The notes under the pieces: generated by a model
Databases searched by the model: none
Told to the model about the DNA's origin: nothing
What the model saw: only the letters and a program-made list of their open reading frames with translations
Part shown: positions 55,805 to 64,000 of the stretch, one piece after another
Numbering within the stretch: position 1 is the stretch's first letter
Layout: the number at the start of each line of letters is the position of its first letter
Source of the DNA: Bugula neritina
Lineage: Eukaryota; Animalia; Bryozoa
Reading direction: 5' to 3'
Length of the DNA: 64,000 nt
NCBI GenBank assembly: GCA_964035545.1
Contig: OZ037766.1
Location: 21,006,767-21,070,766, forward strand
Position numbers and translations under genes: made by a program

Positions 55805-56774
55805 TAAAAGTCTGTCAAATTTATTCTAAAATTAGCTACATGTAAGTTAGGCTCTATTTTGCAAGCTACTAAATAAGTTGCACTCAATTAATTTGTTTGA
55901 ATTGGATAAAATCAGTTCTATCCTGGTTTGTATATTAATTAGCAGCAAACCCTTTTCCAACACCCCTGGGGCTCAATTTACAATTAAGAGTTGTTTCCTC
56001 CCAGTAGGTATCAGGTTAAAGATCACAGTATAAAAAGCAACATTAATTTTCGTAATCTTGGGTGTTTAAAGTGTAACATAATTACTGGAACATGCTTTAA
56101 TACAGATGAGTCATTGCATGCCTAATAAACAATAGGCACGTGCTCCAACCAATAAACCCAAATTTTTGAATTTTTAATTTCAGTAAAACAGAACTGGCTA
56201 CGGTATGCAATACCCAGCTCTGAATTGTATACAATGACCATTTTATTATCCAAAGAGGTGAAAGGTTAACAGCTCTAAACAGCTGGTTCAGTATAGTTTA
56301 CAAACTAAATTTGCAAATTACTCAGCTTTGCTTATTACAAAAAAATTATGTAAAAGCTGCAGATTTTATAACGCAAAATACAATTGGTTGTTACTGCTAA
56401 GTTGCAGCTTAAACTTTATTACACGGTGCAGCAAAAAAGTAACTTTGATATTTAGGCTCGTCTGCATATTTTCAGCAGCTATAATGTTCAATATTTCTTT
56501 TCGCTATAACGCTTGATTAATGCAAGTATGAGATTCCAACTATCACATTAAATAGCACATTATTTCGTTTTAAACTTAGAATAAAAATGGTACTATAAAC
56601 CTATCTAACATAGTTTATAATCAAAATTAGCTAACATATAATGCAGCAACAGATGCATATCTGCACTATAGGCGTAGATATTTTTGTGTAAATAATAGTA
56701 ATTACAGAGGCTGTATAGATAATTCAAACCGCACACTATGTACATGCAGCTATACTAAAGCCTACTAAGTTAGG

Positions 56775-57107
56775 GTTATCTTACTTGCTATATAGGTTGC
56801 ACCCATCATAATTGCTGTTATTTGGTCAACGCCTAGATTTATTCTTATGGTATTTCAACGTAAACATCTATTAACTATAAACACTGCAACCTAGTCATTA
56901 ATATGGTGGATATATTTGTTTTACCTGGCTATCACATATAAATGAAGAAGACGCGATTTATAATAGCAATGGGCAGTATTGGCTAGTTTTAAAAAGATAA
57001 TACAGCAGTTTGTAAATAATTAGGGTGCTATCTAATAACTATCACGAGTAGAAAACAGGATCTCCCAACATATGAGTCATCTTGCCCTATAGGACTGAAT
57101 GGCGGGA
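56775..57107 (-). pseudogene. Remnant of a CTL-M-like gene (last codons plus 3' UTR/flank only)
   Basis: Colinear with ~61050-61362 (ATAATTGCTGTTATTTGGTCAA, AAAAGATAATACAGCAGTT, ATATGAGTCAT.TTGCCCTAT..TGGCGGGA). Confidence 0.75.
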
Positions 57108-57590
57108 CCCATTAGTCTAGAAGTAAGCTCACAATAAATGTCCAAAGAATTATATTATTTATACACTGTTTTAGTGGGCCACTGAAAAGCATTTGTTTCT
57201 AAATCAGCACTTTGTGCTGATTCTGAATTCACAAACTCTAGAATCCTATCACTACCCAAACTCTAATTATTGGGAAACACAAGCGTATATATTGGGTACA
57301 AGGTAATTAAATTAGGGGCACATAATGCGCAAAATATTATCCAATATTAACTATAGCTGTGACCTATGGACAACATTATCTGGTGAGATACCAAAATGAA
57401 TTGTTCTTTTTCAAATTATGCACTGATTCTGAATTTATAAATTGCAAAACACTATTTTTATTCAAAACCAAGTTTTTAATAAACACAAATGATTGCTATA
57501 TAAATGGCATATTAAATTTCACAGAAGCATACATATAGTAAAAGTAAAAACTTTGCACCCACTAAATGCTAAAATAGCTTGCAATATAAC

Positions 57591-57670
57591 TGCCTCCACC
57601 GGAACTCGAACCACTGACTTTTGGTCTTGTAAGCCGGCTCGGCTCGCTAACCAATTACACTACAGGGGCA
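57591..57670 (-). mobile_element. tRNA-derived sequence (SINE head or tRNA pseudogene)
   Basis: Minus strand GCCCCTGTAGTGTAATTGGTTAGC (A box) and GGTTCGAGTTCCGG (B box). Acceptor and anticodon stems pair poorly, so it is not a functional tRNA. Confidence 0.6.
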
Positions 57671-57769
57671 CTACAGTAAGTATAATATGATAGAAGCTAT
57701 AGTTATATAAAATTGAAAGCTTTTTATGCCGATGTGTTAAATAACTAGCTGTTTAAAATTTTACATAAA

Positions 57770-58250
57770 TACTTACTTACTTATTGATGGAGGTCCGTAT
57801 TGCCTTCCATACTTTTCTATTTTGTGCTAGATCTATACATGCATGTTTTGAGGTCTTTTTAACAGTATTAACCCATGATATTTTTCTGGCTCCTCGGGAA
57901 TGTTTTGCTGGGTACTTCAGATATATCTCTATAAGTGCTTGCTTGGCAGGTGCACCTTCTGGTAGTCTGAGGAGGTGCCCGAGCCATCTTAGTCTACGTG
58001 TTCTTATGGTATGGGATCAAAGTGTCTGGCATGTTTTCTTACATAGCTCATCATTACTAATCTTTTAAGACCATCCTACTTTCAATATTTTATGCAGGAG
58101 GATGTTGTCACTTCTCTCTTGTGTGATTGACCATAGTTCACTGTTATAAAGAAAGACGCTTCCTATTAGGGCATCCAAGAGTCTCATCTTAATATTCAGA
58201 CTGATTCCTTTACATGAATGCATGTTGAAATCTTTTGAGCACCGCCAAAA
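57770..58250 (-). mobile_element. 5'-truncated RTE-like LINE fragment (C-terminus of the RT ORF plus short-repeat tail)
   Basis: Minus-strand translation ..KMRLLDALIGSVFLYNSELW..GWS*KISNDEL..IRTRRLRWLGHLLRLPEGAPAKQAL..RGARKISWVNTV..DLAQNRKVWKA with two stops, ending in (TAAG)n. Confidence 0.8.
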
Positions 58251-59261
58251 TTGGTCTTCTATCAATTTGGTGGTAATCATTCAATATCTGGCTAAACCGA
58301 TGATGATGCAAATTAAAACATGGATTTAATCCTATAATTAATGAAAATGTAGGGCAACATTGAAATTAAATTATTCTGCAAATGTTTTCAGAATAGTGCA
58401 AATTGCACGAGGAAACGTATTTTAAAAGCTTATAATAACAGCAATAACTACGGTAAAGCAAGTCAGTGGTGTAAATCATCTATACCATAAATTTGAAAGC
58501 TTTCAAATAGCCCTCTAGAGCGTCTGCTGCACTACCTATCTTTGGGATGCTAAATGGTTACTTAATGACAGATCACAGCCAGGGTTTCTACCAGCTGTTT
58601 ATGCTAATTAACTTTTATTTTATTTACGTTTTCCATTGTTATTCTTTAATAAACTGCGTTTCAGCTCAAAAATAGATAAAACAATTTACATCATAAGAAA
58701 AATGGGGACCGGTTCAACTTTTACATTGAGTGCCAAAAAACTGACAGTTAAGTGTTTGGCTCTATCTTAGCCAGTAAAATGTTTATGCATTTAATTTCGA
58801 TGAACAGAAACAGCAACATATGACTGACTTTCATGGTGTTAGTCTTTTTATTGATACATTTTTTTCAGAACGTAATTTTGGTTCCAATTTTCTCACCCTC
58901 ACCTATGCATTATACACTGCATATTATAATAGGTTTTGCATAAGGTTGATGTTGGTAACTGCGATGAGTTTGGGGCATGCTGGTATTATAATGTTCCTGC
59001 TAGTGAGAATAAACAGTGCTGCTAACTATAATTAAGGCTAATTACAGCACTTAGGACATTATAAGTTTGAGCAAAAATATAATACTACATTTAAACTTTA
59101 GAACTTCAATTGCTATGAAGCAGCTTACTCTTATAAATTGATATAAATTAAAGATTAATTTAAGCTTCTACTATTTTGAAATTATAAGTTTAACCTATAG
59201 TAGCTTATTGATAAATTTAGTTTCTTTCAATATACAAGTTACTGCTGCTATTCCAAGGAAT

Positions 59262-60149
59262 ATGAAGAGCCAGTGGCCAACTGTTCTCTCTTTACTCATT
59301 CTAACTCTGTGTTGTGCAAAGGTTAAAGCAAACTGTAAGTCTATTAAATTCATTTTAAAATTAGCCAAGCTAGGCTCTGTTTAGCAAGCTCTAAATTAGT
59401 TGCATTCAATTAATTTGTTTGAAATTGATAATATTGGTGTTATAATGATTTTCAGTGATTACCAATTGACTTGGTATTGTAGATAGATGTCCACCAGAGT
59501 ATACTCACTACTCTGATTTGGATATCTGCCTCAGATTGTCCGAAGAAACAGCAAACTGGGAAACTGCCAGGTATAACTGTGAAAAAAATGGAGAAACATT
59601 GTTAGCACTGGACAGTCTTAGACTCATCAACTGGTTTAAGACTCTTCGAGCCAGAAATCCTTGTAAGTGACTTTAAATTTTTCCTTGTTAAAATACGGCA
59701 AAGCTGTTTTTCTTCAAAGAGCTTTGTTTACAATTACTATTAAAATGTTCATCTTCATAATTAAAGTTGTTGAAAGTGCCTATATTTGTTTGAATTTTCT
59801 TTTCACAATTTATTCATTGCATATTTTCATTATAAACAGCCTGATAAACAAATATAATTGACATTCTATAAGTTGCAGAAAATTTGTATTATATTTACTA
59901 GATTGGGCAAACTCTGGTATGGTGTGGATTAGTGGCAAAAAAGCAGATGGTGAACCTTGGAAGTGGAATGGTAGATCACTTGATAATATAGTGCTTGGAG
60001 ATTGGGACCACCTCCAACCAGATGGTGCGAAAAGTTACCCTGGGGCATGCATCGTGGTACTTGGCGCACCAAAATACACTTGGGATGACTACGGATGCTA
60101 CTCTCTACAAAGATATGTATGTGAAAGACCTGGTCAAGATTATCAATAA
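59262..60149 (+). CDS. Secreted C-type lectin CTL-L (166 aa; QPD / WDD), third intact MKSQW paralog
   Basis: Exons 59262-59334, 59483-59662, 59902-60149. Confidence 0.9.
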
Positions 60150-61343
60150 ACTGAATTTCTAACAATTAGGTTGTCAGTGAACACCATGACTATAATTAAA
60201 GGCAATTTATGTACTCATATAATATATAGTACTTTATTGTAACTTTTGTTGTCAATGGTTATATTTGATGCCGTAATAACTGTGTAGAAATTTGAGACAA
60301 AATATGCTTGAGTTCAATAAATTGTTCAGCTTGGAGAACTTTAGCTTTGAATTTATTGTTATCTGAAATATATTAGAAAGTTATCCTGCATTACATTTTC
60401 ATGACAAATACATATGACGGCACACATGCATTCCAATCACAAAACAATTCAGTCCAAGATTCTATATTATGCAAGCTTCCTCTGTAGACCTGGCGGCAGT
60501 GAAACAAACAACTGTAGCTTTAGTGTGCAACTCTGTTTTACCAAACATTCTGTAAATTTTTTCAAACTATACTTGTAAAATACTCAGCTTCACAAGCAAA
60601 GAATTTATATTAGCTTACTGCATATAAACAATATTACATAGAATTGCGATTTTACTTTTTCATTGCAGTTTGCACAACGGAGATGTGACTTCAATATAAT
60701 ATTTATACTCGCACATGATTTCCAGCAACGGTTTTAGAAACTTTATTTTATTTGCCTATAACAATAATATTTGGTTGTTGCAAGTATTTTAAGATGTGAA
60801 CCAGTACCATTATGGGAACATTATTCCAGTTTTAGATAATAATCCTATAGCTTATTTGATTTACTTTATAAATCAGGTTATGCCTACGTAGCCTACTTTA
60901 TTATCAATATTAATATAATTTTATAGCCACGAATGCATACTTGCACTGGGTTTGTTTTTGCGTAATTAATGATAATAATTACAGGGGTGGCATAGACAGT
61001 TGAAACGTGCACTGCATAAAACTACTAAAACCTATTAAGTTGAAGTTGCGTTACTTGCTATAGGTTGGGCACCTTATAATTGCTGTTATTTGGTCAAGGT
61101 TTTAGTTTATTATCGGAACATCACACTTACAAAAAGCACCGAGACCTAGTTATTAATATGCCAAGTATATTTATTTTATCAAACTAACATATAAAGGAGA
61201 GACAGTTTACAAAAACCCCTCAAAGCATTGACTAATTTGAAAAGATAATACAGCAGTTAAAAACTAACTGGGATGTCGTATAATAACTCTCACAAGCAGA
61301 TAACAGGATTTTTTAACTCTACAGATATATGAGTCATTTTGCC

Positions 61344-63186
61344 CTATGAGTGAGTGGCGGGAGCCTGACATGCGTATGCACTTTTCACCTCACAAGCTTG
61401 ATCATTCCACCACAAGTTAGGCCAACCAGTCATTTCCAGGCATTGGCGAGATTGATGAGGACCATTTGGTTCACCATTGCCCCAGTTTGAGTACTCAATG
61501 GGCTCAATTATCTTGGGACCAAACCACATCCAAATTCCATATTCTCTTTTACCTCCCAACCAGATGGAGGTGCCAGTTTTCCAGTCTTAAATACAGCAAA
61601 TTAGTAAATAACACGGTTATTTATGAGTCCCCAGCATAGATAGCATTTTAATAAATATGTGCATTCAATAAATCAGTTCTAAAACGATTATTTAAACACT
61701 AAAATAATGTTGGTGCGATACATGTGGTCAAACAGCTTTTAAATTATAAATTTTATTACAAGGATATTTTATAAAATATTTTGGTTTTAAAAGACCAATT
61801 TGTTAAAATAAATTAGAAGGTGTATGTAAAATAGGGCAATAACAAAAGAGATTTAAGATAACAAGGGTTGAACAATTTTTGTAAAGATTTTAATACGGGA
61901 CTTTCTCATTTTCTTGCACTTTACAGAATTTAAAATGTTTGGTAACTTTTAATTGAATTGAGGTTATGGGTTGATTTAAAGTTCATTACACAAAAACAAC
62001 CACTTAGCTAAGCATTGGTTTCTTTCTAGTTCTACCAACAATAAACAAACACATTATGTAGAAATTTACCTTGCAACTTTTTCTTTAACTTTCGAGCAAA
62101 TTTTACAACGGTGTCATTTCAGATAGATGCTTCCCAGTTAGAAGCTAGGCTAAATTTCCTACTTGAACATTTTCTAGTTAGGCGCTATTTATTTATATTG
62201 GTACAATATATATACATCTATATATTATGTGCAATTTATTTGAATATTATTTAAATATTTGTATATTTAAATAAAGCATGTATTGAACACATAAATAAAT
62301 TTCTCTAATCTGCATTAACATATCAATTTTACATATTTTTGGGGTCTTGTTTGAACAGATATTTTGTTAATGAATGTTCATTAACTAAAGATAATGTTTA
62401 TTACTAATATATTACTGTTTTTTGTTCCATGAAAATTAGAATATTATTCCAGATAATTCATGTTATCTATTATAGCTATTAGCATTTTAGCTATTTAGCA
62501 ATCAATGCAAGAGTTATATACAGGTATATATAGGTATATTACTATATAATTATATGGCACCAAAATAAAAGATAACATCTAACTATAGGGATCGTCTCAG
62601 TGAGAAACATTCAAATGGGACATTTAGCTTAGCGTCTAACTGGGAAGCGCTTATCTGGGATGAAACCTTTACAAGTTACAAGAATGCAGTAGTTTGCAAA
62701 AACAAAGGGTGTTATACAATTTGACCAGCTAGTAAATATACGTACCTGGGTTATGACTCCTCAAAGTTTTGAACCAATTGATGCTTTCTATGTTATCCAA
62801 AACTACCATTGTCTCACCCTTAGCTTCACAGCTGTCTCTTGCATCAAACCACCCTTGTACATCCTTATGGAGCTGAATGCAGGTCTTACTAAATGGGTTT
62901 AGGACGTAGTCACTGGGGCAAGATACTACAAGTTGAATATATAGTTATTACAAGTATTTATTTCTTCTATAATGTAGAATTTAGTTTGGTTTAATATTAA
63001 AACATGTTAAGCAAGCTTAAAAACTTTTCTACATTAGCATAAATAAAACCTTCTAGCAAAGTGTATCTAATGCATATATAGACAATTAAAGTAAATAAAA
63101 ATGTACTTACATTGAGGCTTACAGCTCAATTTACCAAAAAAGCATACAAGGGACAAAAATAACAAACTCTGATTGAGAGTAGCCAT
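61344..63186 (-). CDS. Secreted C-type lectin CTL-M (165 aa; EPN / WND)
   Basis: Exons 63186-63111 (MATLNQSLLFLSLVCFFGKLSC..), 62925-62746, 61585-61344. Confidence 0.9.
62110..62667. mobile_element. MITE-like element with ~70-bp diverged inverted ends in intron 2 of CTL-M
   Basis: GGTGTCATTTCAGATAGATGCTTCCCAGTTAGAAGCTAGGCTAAAT at the left end versus ATTTAGCTTAGCGTCTAACTGGGAAGCGCTTATCTGGGATGAAACC at the right end. Confidence 0.7.
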
Positions 63187-64000
63187 TTCTTCTTCTGATT
63201 TACTTGAATGACTCTGGCAAATAGTAACGCAGCTGTGTCTATAAGTAATGGATATTTGTCTTTTCAAACGTTTTGGTCTACGCTAATCTTTAAAGTGACC
63301 TACATAATATAATACAAGTACAAATACTACAAAGCTTGTTTTGGTAGCATGCCGCATGCTTAATGAGCTAAATTATTTTCTTACCTTGAGTAAATAGTTT
63401 AAACTTGGCTAAACTTTAATTAAAGTCCTGAAATCCAGCAATTTAATCAGCTCACCCATTTGCTAAGAACCGTAATTACACAAGTACTTAAATCTATAGC
63501 TATTCATAAATATGCTTTAATAAGTTTAATACCCAAGTTTAGAAATATTTTACCTAATTTTAGCTGGTATTATAGAAACAGAAATAATAGAAAAAGCTGC
63601 TTAAAAATTAAAGTTTTCGTAAATACCCCTTAGCCATAGCATTCGCACTAATCCAACGATTTGAGTTCAAATATTGGCTGCTTAGCATTTAGATTCTTTG
63701 TAAAACTCTATTAGAGTTAAGCAGCCCTTTTAGTCTCTGTGTAATAAAGGTTTGTTTTATAGTTTATCTAACTTTTGTCACCAATGTTTTACTGCAAGTC
63801 TTAAAGATACCAGAGCTTCATATTAAAGTAAATTTAAATTGGTTAATCTAATATTTCATAATTTTGTTACTATAGGCATATTGTGCAATCGTAAAAGCTC
63901 ATGTAGTAATACTTAACATAAATTACATCATGCTTGATAATGTGAAAAACAAATTTACTTTCACTTTTTATATTTATAGCTAATTTAAATAGTTAAAAAT

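Noticed and set aside
57591-57670. Functional tRNA gene
   Set aside because: Stems are mismatched and there is extra sequence in the anticodon arm; better explained as a SINE head or pseudogene.

Overview
AT-rich, intron-containing animal (invertebrate) genomic DNA; the species cannot be determined from the sequence. The ORF track mostly shows isolated exons. Manual splicing (GT-AG introns, phases checked, every complete model divisible by 3) shows the window is almost entirely a lectin gene cluster. It contains: (1) the 3' part of a type I membrane protein CUB-CUB-CTLD-CCP-CCP-CCP-TM (354-8105, +); (2) twelve apparently intact secreted C-type lectin-domain (CTLD) genes of one family (labelled CTL-A to CTL-M here, skipping C), one of which has an acidic Ser/Thr-rich stalk; (3) one full-length CTLD pseudogene, two disabled orphan leader exons and one 3'-end remnant; (4) a secreted PAN/apple + F-type lectin gene. 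The small lectins share a phase-1/phase-1 three-exon layout but vary widely at the sugar-binding motifs (EPN, QPD, QPN, QPS, DPD, SPA; WND, WDD, WED, WLD, WFD, WYD, WKE). The right half shows a tandem segmental duplication, a gene-conversion mosaic and gene death. Interspersed are MITEs, tRNA-derived SINE pieces, an RTE-like LINE 3' end and microsatellites. All domain calls come from motif recognition by eye; no database search was run.
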